64,000 nucleotides of DNA from Candidatus Kerfeldbacteria bacterium (GTDB lineage Bacteria > Patescibacteriota > Patescibacteriia > UBA9570 > XYC2-FULL-38-9): assembly GCA_043813585.1 (NCBI GenBank), contig JBDRKW010000006.1:15444-79443 (forward strand). Direction: 5' to 3'. Below the pieces are notes generated by a model. The model searched no databases, was not told the origin of the DNA, and saw nothing but the letters and a program-made list of their open reading frames with translations. Below, piece by piece: positions 1 through 9,170 of this stretch (position 1 is the first letter of the stretch; every line of letters begins with the position of its first letter). A program made the position numbers and the translations under genes.

Positions 1-1
1 C

Positions 2-1729
2 GAATTCGAACTCGATATGATCGTCCACAGCGTGCAGGACGAAAAAGGCAACGACTACCAATACGAAGAAACTCACGGGTATGACGTCTTCTTAAAAATC
101 GGCGATCCGGACCGGACGATAACCGGAAAGCACTGGTATGTCATATCCTATACTGTTGACGCCGCGATCCAGGGTTTTGATAACCACGACGAATTATACT
201 GGAACGTCACCGGCAACGACTGGGATGTTCCGATCCTGCAGGCAGAAGCGACAGTTACGATTCCCCAGGGCAGCAAGAAATCGGTGAACAACGCCATTTG
301 CTTCACGGGCGAATACGGTTCAACAGATGAATACTGTTCGGCGGCGGTTCCGTCAGACACTGAATTTAAGTTCAGTACGACTGACAGCCTATACGCCAAC
401 GAAGGGCTGACGATCGGCGCGGCATTTGATAAAAAAGCGGTAGCGACGCCCGCACTGCTCAATGTGACAACGGATCCGGCCGGAGCTTGGGTAAAACTGG
501 ACAACAACCGGCTGGACTACACCACTCCGCATACGTACCGCGTACCGCCGGGAACCTATGAACTGACGATCGACAAGTTTCGGTACAAACCGTTCATGCA
601 GACTGTGATACTTGAAGAAGACATGCAGATCGATGTGGAACGGACGCTCGAAAAAACAACGCTTGCTACAGTTATGGAACTGTACGTCCCGTGGATTGCG
701 TTTGTCATCCTTGCCGGCGGAGTATACCTGATCTGGTATGCCAAAGGACGCGAACCGAAAGGCCGCGGCACGGTCATTCCTGAATACGAACAGCCGGATA
801 AACTAAGCCCTGGTGAAGTCGGCGTGATTATTGACCAGAAAGCGGACCTGCACGACATTACGGCCAGCGTTATTCAGCTCGCGGTCCGGGGCTACCTGAA
901 AATCCGCAAGGAGGAAAAGAAGAAAAAATTCAACTGGGGAAAGAAGGATTACGACTACACGTTCATCAAAGTCAAAGACGCTGCGCGTGCAAGCGACCTG
1001 GAACAATTTGAAAAAGAAATTTTCGACGGCATCTTCTCGGGCAGCAAGGAAGAGGTGAAGCTGAGCGACCTGCAAAATAAATTCTACACATCGCTGCCGA
1101 CGGTCAAGAAGGAACTCTACGGCGTCGTCGTGAAAAAGGGATACTTCGCACGATCGCCAAGTACGGTAAAAGGCATTGCCATCGGACTGGGAGTGTTGTT
1201 CGCAATCGGAGTCGGCGTATTGGGCGGCGTGATGACCATTGCGTTTGAATCGGTCTGGTACTTCTTGCTGTTTTGCGCGGCCGGCGTAGGCGCGTTTGTG
1301 ACGTCGTTCTTTATGGCCCGCCGCACGAAGCAGGGAGCGATAGCGCTGGAAAAAATCCAGGGTTTCAAACTGTTCCTGACCACGGCGGAAAAAGAACGGC
1401 TGAAATTTTTCAACTCTCCCGAAGCGTTCAGGGACCTGTTCGAAAAATACCTGCCGTTTGCGATTGCGCTTGAAGTCGAGGAAGAATGGGCCGAACAGTT
1501 CAAGGATATCTACGAAGGCAAGCCGGACTGGTACGAAGGCGAAGGAACGTTCAATGCCGTCATCTTCACACACTCGATCATGGCACTAAATTCGGCAACA
1601 GCAAGCACATTCGCCTCTGCTCCTTCTTCGAGCGGCAGCAGCGGCTGGAGCGGTGGTTCCAGTTTTGGAGGCGGAGGCGGCGGATTCAGCGGTGGCGGTT
1701 TTGGAGGCGGAGGCGGCGGCAGCTGGTAA
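2..1729 (+). CDS. DUF2207-family membrane protein, 5'-truncated by the window edge
   Basis: The reading frame is open back to nt 2 and there is no N-terminal signal peptide. Central TM helices and a C-terminal Gly-rich tail (GGGGGFSGGGFGGGGGGSW) are typical of DUF2207. Confidence 0.6.
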   Translation, partial: EFELDMIVHSVQDEKGNDYQYEETHGYDVFLKIGDPDRTITGKHWYVISYTVDAAIQGFDNHDELYWNVTGNDWDVPILQAEATVTIPQGSKKSVNNAICFTGEYGSTDEYCSAAVPSDTEFKFSTTDSLYANEGLTIGAAFDKKAVATPALLNVTTDPAGAWVKLDNNRLDYTTPHTYRVPPGTYELTIDKFRYKPFMQTVILEEDMQIDVERTLEKTTLATVMELYVPWIAFVILAGGVYLIWYAKGREPKGRGTVIPEYEQPDKLSPGEVGVIIDQKADLHDITASVIQLAVRGYLKIRKEEKKKKFNWGKKDYDYTFIKVKDAARASDLEQFEKEIFDGIFSGSKEEVKLSDLQNKFYTSLPTVKKELYGVVVKKGYFARSPSTVKGIAIGLGVLFAIGVGVLGGVMTIAFESVWYFLLFCAAGVGAFVTSFFMARRTKQGAIALEKIQGFKLFLTTAEKERLKFFNSPEAFRDLFEKYLPFAIALEVEEEWAEQFKDIYEGKPDWYEGEGTFNAVIFTHSIMALNSATASTFASAPSSSGSSGWSGGSSFGGGGGGFSGGGFGGGGGGSW

Positions 1730-1757
1730 TTAACAATTTCTTTCTATACTAACAGCT

Positions 1758-2804
1758 ATGGAGTTCAAAAAAATTCAATCAATCGCATTTTTCGCTCTGC
1801 TGATCGGCGTGAGCATCGTGTTCCTGCAGATGATCTGGCCGTATGTGTTTGCCCTGTTCTGGGCAGCAGTCATCGCTGTGATCTTCCACCCCGTCTATAA
1901 GCGGCTGCTTAAGCGGCTAAAAAATGAAAGCATCGCAGCGAGCCTGATGGTTATTATCGTGATTCTCATTGTGGTATTGCCGCTTGCCGGCGTGCTGACG
2001 CTTGTGATCCAGCAGGCTATCCAGATATATGACCGCGTGAGCGAACCGGATACGATTGCCTCAATTATCAGCTCGGCTGAAGCGATTATTCATGCGCCGT
2101 TTGTCCAGCGCATCACCGGTGAAGTGGATTTTGTACAGCAGCTACGCGACGCGTCATCGACAATCGCTTCGTCAGCGATCCAATGGCTTCAGGCCGGCAC
2201 GCGAAGTACGTTGCAGGTCATCGTCAATATCCTGATTATGATCTACTCATTGTACTTCTTTTTTAAAGACGGTGAATCGTGGCTGAAACGCATCATGCAC
2301 CTGCTGCCGTTCGGAGATGAAAATGAAACAGTTCTTTATAAAAAATTCGTTTCCACAAGCAAAGCAACATTAAAAGGCACGATTTTACTCGGCGGCATCC
2401 AGGGCACCCTGGGTGGTCTGCTATTCCTCGCCGTTGGGATCGAAGCTGCAGCATTCTGGGGGTTGGTCATGATCGTATTGTCGATCATCCCGGCAGTCGG
2501 ATCATTCTTGGTATGGTTCCCGGCGGCAGTCATAATGCTCGCAACAGGCAACATATGGCAGGGAGTAGCCCTTCTCATTGGCGGCGTGATTATCGGTACA
2601 GTTGATAACCTCCTGCGTCCGTCGCTAGTCGGGAAAGATATTCAGATGCACCCGATCTGGATCCTATTCTCGACTATCGGCGGAATTGTGATGTTTGGGA
2701 TCTCCGGTGTGGTGATCGGGCCTATGATCGCCGCTTTTTTCCTGGGCGTCCTAAATATGTATGAAATGCGCTACAAGAAAAACCTGGATAGTAAATTAAC
2801 CTGA
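1758..2804 (+). CDS. AI-2E family (PerM/UPF0118) transporter
   Basis: 348 aa with multiple TM helices and a characteristic N-terminus (FFALLIGVSIVFLQMIWPY...) plus a C-terminal VIGPMIAAFF region. Confidence 0.7.
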   Translation: MEFKKIQSIAFFALLIGVSIVFLQMIWPYVFALFWAAVIAVIFHPVYKRLLKRLKNESIAASLMVIIVILIVVLPLAGVLTLVIQQAIQIYDRVSEPDTIASIISSAEAIIHAPFVQRITGEVDFVQQLRDASSTIASSAIQWLQAGTRSTLQVIVNILIMIYSLYFFFKDGESWLKRIMHLLPFGDENETVLYKKFVSTSKATLKGTILLGGIQGTLGGLLFLAVGIEAAAFWGLVMIVLSIIPAVGSFLVWFPAAVIMLATGNIWQGVALLIGGVIIGTVDNLLRPSLVGKDIQMHPIWILFSTIGGIVMFGISGVVIGPMIAAFFLGVLNMYEMRYKKNLDSKLT

Positions 2805-2812
2805 CAGTAATT

Positions 2813-2847
2813 AAAAAGCGGCCATCCATGAGATGAACCGCTTTTTT
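2813..2847. terminator. bidirectional rho-independent terminator between convergent genes
   Basis: AAAAAGCGG-loop-CCGCTTTTTT hairpin flanked by an A-run and a T-run. Confidence 0.6.
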
Positions 2848-2857
2848 GTACTCTGAA

Positions 2858-4456
2858 TTATTTCTTGAGCGGCCGTTTCTTGTTCACCGGAAACGGATTC
2901 CCAGACAGCGCCATCACTGCATACGCCGTGTTCAGCACTTCGTTACTGTCTGCGCCAAGTAAATCATACTTAAACGCTCCACCACTGCGCGCCAGCGAAT
3001 CCAGGTAATGAAACCCATTCAGATTATTTGTGGTCATTGATTTTGCTTCCTTGCGTTTTGCCCGCAAACCCTGCAATACCCATGCTGTTGATGATGCATT
3101 CGAGGTTGCGTCAACGCCATACCCCCAGCCGCCGTCAGGATTCTGTTGTTGGCGCAGGAACGTCGTCGCATTCGTAATTTTCTGCGTTAGTGATAAACCA
3201 TGTTTGTCCTTTTCTCCTTTGAGCCTGGACGCCATGTTAAGCCAAGCCGCTGTGGTATCAATGTCAGACGCGCTACCAACGGCAAACGATACGCCGCCGT
3301 CATCATTAATACAGGCAAACGTCGCTTCCGCGCCCTGCTTTAATTTCTTCGAATCATACGGCTCATCGGCCGCAATCATCGCCAGCACCGCAAAAATATC
3401 GTCATTGCAGTACGCCGCATCGCCAAACTGCTCGCCATCCATTGTTTTCTTCAAACGCTTCACAAAATTCGCCCCGTTATAATGCCGCGCATCTTTGCCA
3501 ATCGCTTCAAGCGCCATAATATGCCGGGCAAGCTCTGCAGTTCCCTTCTTCGCCATCGGACGGTACTGCTTCACCGCGCGAAACATCCGTTTATCATTCT
3601 TGCCACCAGCCTTCAACGCCATAGCCGACCATTCGGTCAATGCAATGCTGCCAGACACTTTACCGTTGTCATCAATATTTCTCTTCAGGTACTCCACACC
3701 ATTTTCCACCAGCTGCTTTCGCTTATACCGGCCCAGCGAATGGTACTTCTTTACTTTTGTGTAGATGCGAAGCGTCTTTATGTCGGTCTTCGGGTAGCCC
3801 TCTCGCACTGCATACACACTATAGGTTCCCGTCGCGTTTGGCTTGAATATTGCTTCGCCGTTGACATCTGTTGTAACCGTCGTATTCCCTATATGAACTT
3901 CTGAATCGCCGGCCGGTACATATGTACCGCTACCGGCTACCAAGTCATATTCATAATAATCCACAGTGGCGATAACGGTTCCGCCTTCACGCCGATGCTG
4001 TGCATTCAGTTGCAAGCGCAGCGGGGGGTTTGAAACGCCGTAGGTTAGAATAACCTCATCGCCCGGCTGCAGTGCAAAATCATTCATTCCGACTGACGGG
4101 CTCTCATAATTCACATAGTACAGCCAATAGTTCGAGTAATCGCCTGCATACGAATCGATCGAGCTCAGGAAAAACCCAAAACCATCCCAGTATGTTACCT
4201 CATATTCAAACTCACCCATCAACGATGCCGCATGCAACGCGCATAACGCATTCGCTCCGTCCACATGATGCTCTGTGCCTGTTGAATCTTCCACGTCGCA
4301 GCCACCGTCGGTAATATACACTGTTCCGTCATAAACCGTTGCATCGTTTGCTTCTATGCGGACCACCGCATCAACATACGTCGTTGCCGCAGCCGGCAAT
4401 GCAAACACCAGCGCCGCGCCTCCGATAAATAATAATGAAGTTACCATTCGTTTCAT
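2858..4456 (-). CDS. secreted protein with an N-terminal DUF4430 (BtuG/transcobalamin beta-like) domain, an Ig-like domain and a C-terminal alpha/alpha-toroid (prenyltransferase/terpene-cyclase-like, QQNPDGGWGY) domain
   Basis: Signal peptide MKRMVTSLLFIGGAALVFALPAAA. DUF4430-like motifs YWLYYVNYESPSVGMNDFALQPGDEVILTY. PFTA/SQHop-like repeat QQNPDGGWGYGVDATSNASSTAWVLQGL. An alternative start at 4489 would overlap the upstream gene by 25 nt. Confidence 0.6.
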   Translation of the reverse strand: MKRMVTSLLFIGGAALVFALPAAATTYVDAVVRIEANDATVYDGTVYITDGGCDVEDSTGTEHHVDGANALCALHAASLMGEFEYEVTYWDGFGFFLSSIDSYAGDYSNYWLYYVNYESPSVGMNDFALQPGDEVILTYGVSNPPLRLQLNAQHRREGGTVIATVDYYEYDLVAGSGTYVPAGDSEVHIGNTTVTTDVNGEAIFKPNATGTYSVYAVREGYPKTDIKTLRIYTKVKKYHSLGRYKRKQLVENGVEYLKRNIDDNGKVSGSIALTEWSAMALKAGGKNDKRMFRAVKQYRPMAKKGTAELARHIMALEAIGKDARHYNGANFVKRLKKTMDGEQFGDAAYCNDDIFAVLAMIAADEPYDSKKLKQGAEATFACINDDGGVSFAVGSASDIDTTAAWLNMASRLKGEKDKHGLSLTQKITNATTFLRQQQNPDGGWGYGVDATSNASSTAWVLQGLRAKRKEAKSMTTNNLNGFHYLDSLARSGGAFKYDLLGADSNEVLNTAYAVMALSGNPFPVNKKRPLKK

Positions 4457-4464
4457 CTCTGTGT

Positions 4465-5184
4465 TTATAATGATTTTTCGTACGACCATTTTACCGAGTC
4501 GCCTTTATTTAACATTTTTGATGAAATGCCTACAGTCGCCTTCTGTCCATTCACGTAATAAATCCAAAACATGCCGGCATGCAGGTCTTCCTCTAATCCA
4601 TTGATTGCTTTTACATAGGAACCCATTCCTCCAAATGAGGAAGCCGTGTAAATAAAGCCCTTGCTCTTCGCATTCTTCATTAACTGCTCGACTGATGCGC
4701 CGGTGTTGATATCTGCCGTATAGGTTGCCGTCCCAGACGGTGTAACCACCTGCAGCGTTGCAGCATACACCTGCTGCTCCGGTGCTTTTTCCTCCTGCTT
4801 TTTCTCTTCCTTCTGTTCCTGTGCAACTTCCTCGACTTCCTCCGGTTCGGCTTCCAGGTTCGCTTCCTCCGGATCAGCTGCGCCTTGTTCAGGTCCCGCC
4901 GATGTTGTAATGGTTGGCGCATTCTCTTCCGGCTGTTCACACTCCTCTTCAACGGCTTCCTTTACTACTGCATTACTGTCTTTTTTTATCTTTTGATCCT
5001 GTTGTTCCGCAACTTCGTTTACAACGCCTGCTTCAGCGCCCGCAACGACAGACTCGTACGACTGGTTCGCGCCGGCCTGCTGCATTTCATAACCGTTGTC
5101 ATTCACAGATGGGCATGCACCGCCAAGAACAACCGCTGCTGATAGTGTCAGGCCGATAATAATGGTTGTCGTTCGTGTAAACAT
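4465..5184 (-). CDS. secreted/lipoprotein with a C-terminal DUF4430 (BtuG-like cobalamin-binding) domain and an acidic low-complexity linker
   Basis: N-terminal TM/signal ending in a Cys (LGGAC). A Glu/Gln-rich linker. C-terminal FIYTASSFGGMGSYVKAINGLEE...GMFWIYYVNGQKATVGISSKMLNKGDSVKWSY matches DUF4430. Confidence 0.6.
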   Translation of the reverse strand: MFTRTTTIIIGLTLSAAVVLGGACPSVNDNGYEMQQAGANQSYESVVAGAEAGVVNEVAEQQDQKIKKDSNAVVKEAVEEECEQPEENAPTITTSAGPEQGAADPEEANLEAEPEEVEEVAQEQKEEKKQEEKAPEQQVYAATLQVVTPSGTATYTADINTGASVEQLMKNAKSKGFIYTASSFGGMGSYVKAINGLEEDLHAGMFWIYYVNGQKATVGISSKMLNKGDSVKWSYEKSL

Positions 5185-5197
5185 AGTTGTTGAAACA

Positions 5198-5395
5198 AAA
5201 AACCCGCAGACAATGCAGGCGCGGGTGACGATTCGTCACGGGACTCGCATGCTTTTTGCTCGAAAGCGTTGTCGCGATAGCAAGCGGCCTGGCTTACCGT
5301 CTTCATGACGACGGATTACAGTTGCGGCACAGCTCCGGATTCACACCGGATTCCCTTGCTGCCCCATCTACCGGGGCAAGGCATAATTTTTTAAG
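5198..5395 (-). promoter_or_regulatory. cobalamin riboswitch (aptamer plus terminator expression platform) in the 5' leader of the DUF4430 operon
   Basis: The minus-strand RNA contains UGCCCCGG..GGGGCA, AAGGGAAUCCGGUGUGAAUCCGGAGCUGUGCCGCAACUGUAA, hairpin CCGUCGUCAUGAAGACGG and AAGCCAGGCC. It is followed by a CCCGC..GCGGG hairpin plus U6 ending about 15 nt before the ATG at 5184. Confidence 0.75.
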
Positions 5396-5429
5396 GTAAA
5401 AGCAGTATAGGCGATCGCCTGTCTGGCTG

Positions 5430-6440
5430 TCAAATAAGGTTGGTGACTTTTGCGATAAACACGGCGTACAAAAACAGCATGGCCGCGCCTTCCCACAGCC
5501 GGATCTTGTCATCCAGCGTCACGAAGAACGCGACAAACGTTGCGATAATCAAAAATGGGAGGCCGACCATGAAGGTGACATCCGTGAGTCCAAGGTCCGC
5601 AAACAGCGCCGGAAAGCCACCAACCAGCAGCAGGTTAAACGTATTCGAACCAAAAACATTTCCGATGGCCAAGGCATGGTTGCCCGCCCTAATCGCGGCA
5701 ATAGACGTAAGCACTTCGGGCAACGACGTACCAATCGCGACAACCGTGATAGTAAGCATTGAAGATGAAATGCCGAGCAGTTCTGAAATATTAAGAACAC
5801 TGTCAATCAGGAACTTCGCGCTTATACCGAGTGCTCCCGCGCTGATAAGGATAATGAATAGGTACAACCCCCAGGGAATGTTTCCTTTTTTGCCTTTCTT
5901 CCCTTTCTTATCGGCATATTCATCCTTAAGATCTTGCAGCTCTTCTTTGTTCTCCTCTTTCTCTTTTTTACTGGTATCGGGCTTAACGGAGTAAATCAGG
6001 AAGATGATAAACAGGCCGAGAAGGAACAGCCCCTCTCCCCTCGTAATCGTCCGGTCGAGCGCAAAGAACGTAAACAGCGCCATGGACGTGAAGAAAAACG
6101 GCAAGTCAACATCAATAAGCGATGTCTTCACTTTGAGTGTTTTGGCGACTACTGCGCCGATGCCCAGGATAAGAAGCGCATTGGCGATGTTGGAACCGAT
6201 GATGTTGTCTGCAACGAACGTGGTCACACCCGAGTGAACCACTGCCAGCGTGGAGGTGATGAATTCCGGAAGCGACGTGCCGATGGCAACAATGGTTGCG
6301 CCGACGATAAACGAGCTCAAACCAAGAGCCAGGCCAAGTTTCTCGCTGTACCGCGTGAAATAATCTGCCGACTTCACCAGGACCACGAGGCAGACAATCA
6401 ATACGGCGAACCAAAAAATTATCTGTAGCATATTTGCCAT
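5430..6440 (-). CDS. Ca2+/Na+ antiporter, CaCA (YrbG) family
   Basis: Two alpha-repeat GTSLPE motifs, 10 or more TM helices, and a central K/E-rich cytoplasmic loop. Confidence 0.75.
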   Translation of the reverse strand: MANMLQIIFWFAVLIVCLVVLVKSADYFTRYSEKLGLALGLSSFIVGATIVAIGTSLPEFITSTLAVVHSGVTTFVADNIIGSNIANALLILGIGAVVAKTLKVKTSLIDVDLPFFFTSMALFTFFALDRTITRGEGLFLLGLFIIFLIYSVKPDTSKKEKEENKEELQDLKDEYADKKGKKGKKGNIPWGLYLFIILISAGALGISAKFLIDSVLNISELLGISSSMLTITVVAIGTSLPEVLTSIAAIRAGNHALAIGNVFGSNTFNLLLVGGFPALFADLGLTDVTFMVGLPFLIIATFVAFFVTLDDKIRLWEGAAMLFLYAVFIAKVTNLI

Positions 6441-6479
6441 TATACTGCATTTTGGAACGCCGGTAAAGCATGGTATGCT

Positions 6480-6773
6480 GTGCGCATGGAATTTTCTCTG
6501 ATCAACATTCTGCTGGTTTATGTGATCGCGATTAACGTCATTACGTTTATAGTCTACGGCTTTGACAAGTGGATGGCGCGGGCAGGATCATGGCGCGTGT
6601 CCGAAGCGGTGCTCTGGATCCTCGCCCTTATCGGCGGGTCTGCCGGCGCGCTCTCGGGCATGAATTTTTTTCGCCACAAGACGCGCAAGGTATGGTTTCA
6701 GTTCGTGCTCATGATGATATTGTTTATTCAGATCGGCGCACTTTTTCTCCTCTATTACTTCGAAATTATCTAG
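6480..6773 (+). CDS. DUF1294 small membrane protein
   Basis: 97 aa with the conserved FDKWMARAGSWRVSE and FFRHKTRK motifs. Confidence 0.6.
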   Translation: MRMEFSLINILLVYVIAINVITFIVYGFDKWMARAGSWRVSEAVLWILALIGGSAGALSGMNFFRHKTRKVWFQFVLMMILFIQIGALFLLYYFEII

Positions 6774-6794
6774 CCACAGAACACGCGGCAAGGG

Positions 6795-6824
6795 TTGACA
6801 AAACGCAAAAAATAGGCGTAGTAT
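6795..6824 (+). promoter_or_regulatory. sigma70-type promoter (TTGACA-18-TAGTAT) upstream of the 6949 gene
   Basis: Perfect -35 at 6795-6800 and a TAnnAT -10 at 6819-6824. The gene follows after a structured leader of about 120 nt. Confidence 0.55.
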
Positions 6825-6948
6825 GAAGCATTCACACGCCAACAACAACTCCTTCGTCCAACGAAGGGTTCTTGGTACTGGAGGCTATAACTAGAGGGAC
6901 CTAAACGAGAGGGCATGGCGAACGAACGGGCCATGCAAGGAGGTGCTT

Positions 6949-8394
6949 GTGAAGCACTTTACAACGACAATGGTGATCTTCGCGGCCGTGCTGGTTTCGG
7001 GATGCGACAACGGGGATGACATCCTCTTCCCGAACGGCATCGGCGGTGGCGACGACGACAGTTTCGAGTGTGTTGCGTCCATCAGCGACGTGTCCGTGCG
7101 TACGCATCCGGACAACGCGCTGGCGTTCTACGCGAGCTGGACCACGCCCGAACCGGCGTCCTCCCGCGTGGAGTTCGGCCGGGCCGATGACGGCCTGGAC
7201 TTTGTCATCGAGGATGACAACAAGGTTACGGACCACGAGGTCTTCGTCTTCGGCATGAAGCCGGAAACGGAGTACATGTTCGCGGCCGTCTCGATCATGG
7301 ACAGCGGCGAGGAAGCATACTGTTCAGAAGAGCTGGGCTTCACCTCCGGCACGGTTCCGTTTGCCGGCGCCGACGCCGAGGTGACGGTCTACGACAGGGA
7401 GCTGGCGTACCACGGATGGACGCTCGGCAACTTCCTGATGGCGGACAACCAGCAGTCTGCCTGGATGGTCATCTGGGACATGGACGGCGACCCGGTCTGG
7501 TACTACGACTACGGGCTCACCGAGGGACGATCCGACCAGGAGGTCACGCTCGTATACGACGGTGACAAGCCGCGGATCCTGATAGGCGGCGGCGTCAAGA
7601 AGAACGAGCCGGCCACGGAGCTCGACCTGGAATGGAACGTAACCTGGGAAGGCCCGGTCCAGTCCGACGGCATGGGCACCGAAGGCGACATGCACCACTG
7701 CATGCACCGGACGTCCACAAACAACTACGTCGCGCTGTTCCACGCCTGGGAGGACTCGAGCACCCACACCGAAGTCCGCGAGTTCGACCGCGAGCTCAAC
7801 GTGCTCTGGAGCTGGATGCTCTACCAACACACCGATTGGGACGGTTACGACATGGGCAACCACGTCATCGTCGACTACGAGGACGACGCCGTCTACTACA
7901 ACGAGCAGCTGTCCAAGGGCTTCTACAAGATCGACCGATCCACCGGAGAGGTGATCTGGAAGCTCGGCGAAGACGGCGACTTCGAGGTCATCAACAGCAA
8001 GAGCGATGAGGACTTCGGGTACTTCACCCACGCGCCTGAGCTGTTGCCGGACGACCGCCTGCTCATCTTCCACAACGGAAGCGACCAATCGGGTTCGGCA
8101 GCCATCGAATGGCAGCTGGACTTCGGCGCCATGACCGCGACCGCGATCTGGTCGTGGAACGGCGGCGAAGACGACGGCTGGTACAACTATTGCTGGGGCG
8201 ACGTGGACCGCCTTCCCAACGGCAACACGCTGGTGACCGCCGGAACACCCGACCCGCCCAACCGGGAACCCCGCCTCATGGAGGTGGCTCCGGACGAGGA
8301 GCTCGTCTGGGAGCTCCGGATATACGACACCGACCCCGACTTCAAGGGGTCGTATATGTCGGAGCGCATCCCCGTGCTGGTCGGCGAGAAGTGA
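6949..8394 (+). CDS. lipoprotein, probably an arylsulfotransferase-like beta-propeller protein. The gene is high-GC and compositionally atypical for the window.
   Basis: GTG start 5 nt after the AAGGAGG SD. Lipobox LVSGC. Codon usage is very GC-rich, and the opposite strand carries the artefact ORF 7324..8088. The ASST assignment is tentative. Confidence 0.45.
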   Translation: MKHFTTTMVIFAAVLVSGCDNGDDILFPNGIGGGDDDSFECVASISDVSVRTHPDNALAFYASWTTPEPASSRVEFGRADDGLDFVIEDDNKVTDHEVFVFGMKPETEYMFAAVSIMDSGEEAYCSEELGFTSGTVPFAGADAEVTVYDRELAYHGWTLGNFLMADNQQSAWMVIWDMDGDPVWYYDYGLTEGRSDQEVTLVYDGDKPRILIGGGVKKNEPATELDLEWNVTWEGPVQSDGMGTEGDMHHCMHRTSTNNYVALFHAWEDSSTHTEVREFDRELNVLWSWMLYQHTDWDGYDMGNHVIVDYEDDAVYYNEQLSKGFYKIDRSTGEVIWKLGEDGDFEVINSKSDEDFGYFTHAPELLPDDRLLIFHNGSDQSGSAAIEWQLDFGAMTATAIWSWNGGEDDGWYNYCWGDVDRLPNGNTLVTAGTPDPPNREPRLMEVAPDEELVWELRIYDTDPDFKGSYMSERIPVLVGEK

Positions 8395-8395
8395 A

Positions 8396-8443
8396 GTTCA
8401 AGTGGGGCGCGGCAAGAACGCTGCGAACCACTTCTTTTTTTAC
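8396..8443 (+). terminator. rho-independent terminator after the high-GC lipoprotein gene
   Basis: AAGTGG...CCACTT stem followed by T7. Confidence 0.45.
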
Positions 8444-8486
8444 TTGAGTTTGCGAGCTTTCCATGTTCTGGTATGCTGAACAAACT

Positions 8487-9161
8487 ATGGAAGGTAATAT
8501 TCTCTTAATTGATAAGCCAAAAGGGATGACATCGCATGATGTCGTTAACATTATCCGCCGGCAAGAGGACGAACGGCGTGTTGGCCATGCAGGGACGCTC
8601 GATCCGCTTGCAACCGGGTTATTGATCGTTCTGGTCGGACGAGATGCAACCAAACGGCAGTCGGAGTTCATGGGCCTGCCGAAAGTTTACGAAGCAGATC
8701 TCACTTTTGGTTCAGTCAGTGACACGTACGACGCCGAAGGGCCAATCACCCCTTCCGCAACCGCAGAACAGCTTGCTCAACTTGATGAATCGACGATACA
8801 AGGCGTTCTTCAGCAATTTATCGGGCAGATCAAACAACAGCCGCCAAAACACTCCGCAATTAAAATCGGCGGACGGCCGATGTACAAAAAAGCGCGCGCA
8901 GGCACGCTGCAGCAGGAAGACGTTCCAGAACGCACCGTACAGATCGATTCCATAGAAATCCTTTCATTCTCGTCGGCAGCAAACGGCAAACCCCCGACCG
9001 CACAGCTCCGCGTCCGCTGCCAAAAAGGCACCTACATCCGTTCGCTCGCCCATGATATCGGCCAGGCGCTCGGCACCGGTGCATATCTTTCTGAACTGCG
9101 GCGCACCGCTATTGGCGAGTATTCTGTTGACGACGCACAAATAATCCATAACAAAGAATAA
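8487..9161 (+). CDS. truB: tRNA pseudouridine(55) synthase TruB
   Basis: LLIDKPKGMTSHDVV...GHAGTLDPLATGLLIV catalytic motif. The alternative upstream ATG at 8463 adds 8 aa. Confidence 0.85.
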   Translation: MEGNILLIDKPKGMTSHDVVNIIRRQEDERRVGHAGTLDPLATGLLIVLVGRDATKRQSEFMGLPKVYEADLTFGSVSDTYDAEGPITPSATAEQLAQLDESTIQGVLQQFIGQIKQQPPKHSAIKIGGRPMYKKARAGTLQQEDVPERTVQIDSIEILSFSSAANGKPPTAQLRVRCQKGTYIRSLAHDIGQALGTGAYLSELRRTAIGEYSVDDAQIIHNKE

Positions 9162-9170
9162 TATCCGCGT

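Noticed and set aside
803-1573. 256-aa ORF on the - strand inside the DUF2207 gene
   Set aside because: Antisense to a gene with coherent TM/Gly-rich architecture. Arg/Phe-rich.
7324-8088. 254-aa ORF on the - strand inside the lipoprotein gene
   Set aside because: V/D/R/G-rich low-complexity translation opposite a GC-rich real gene. No start context.
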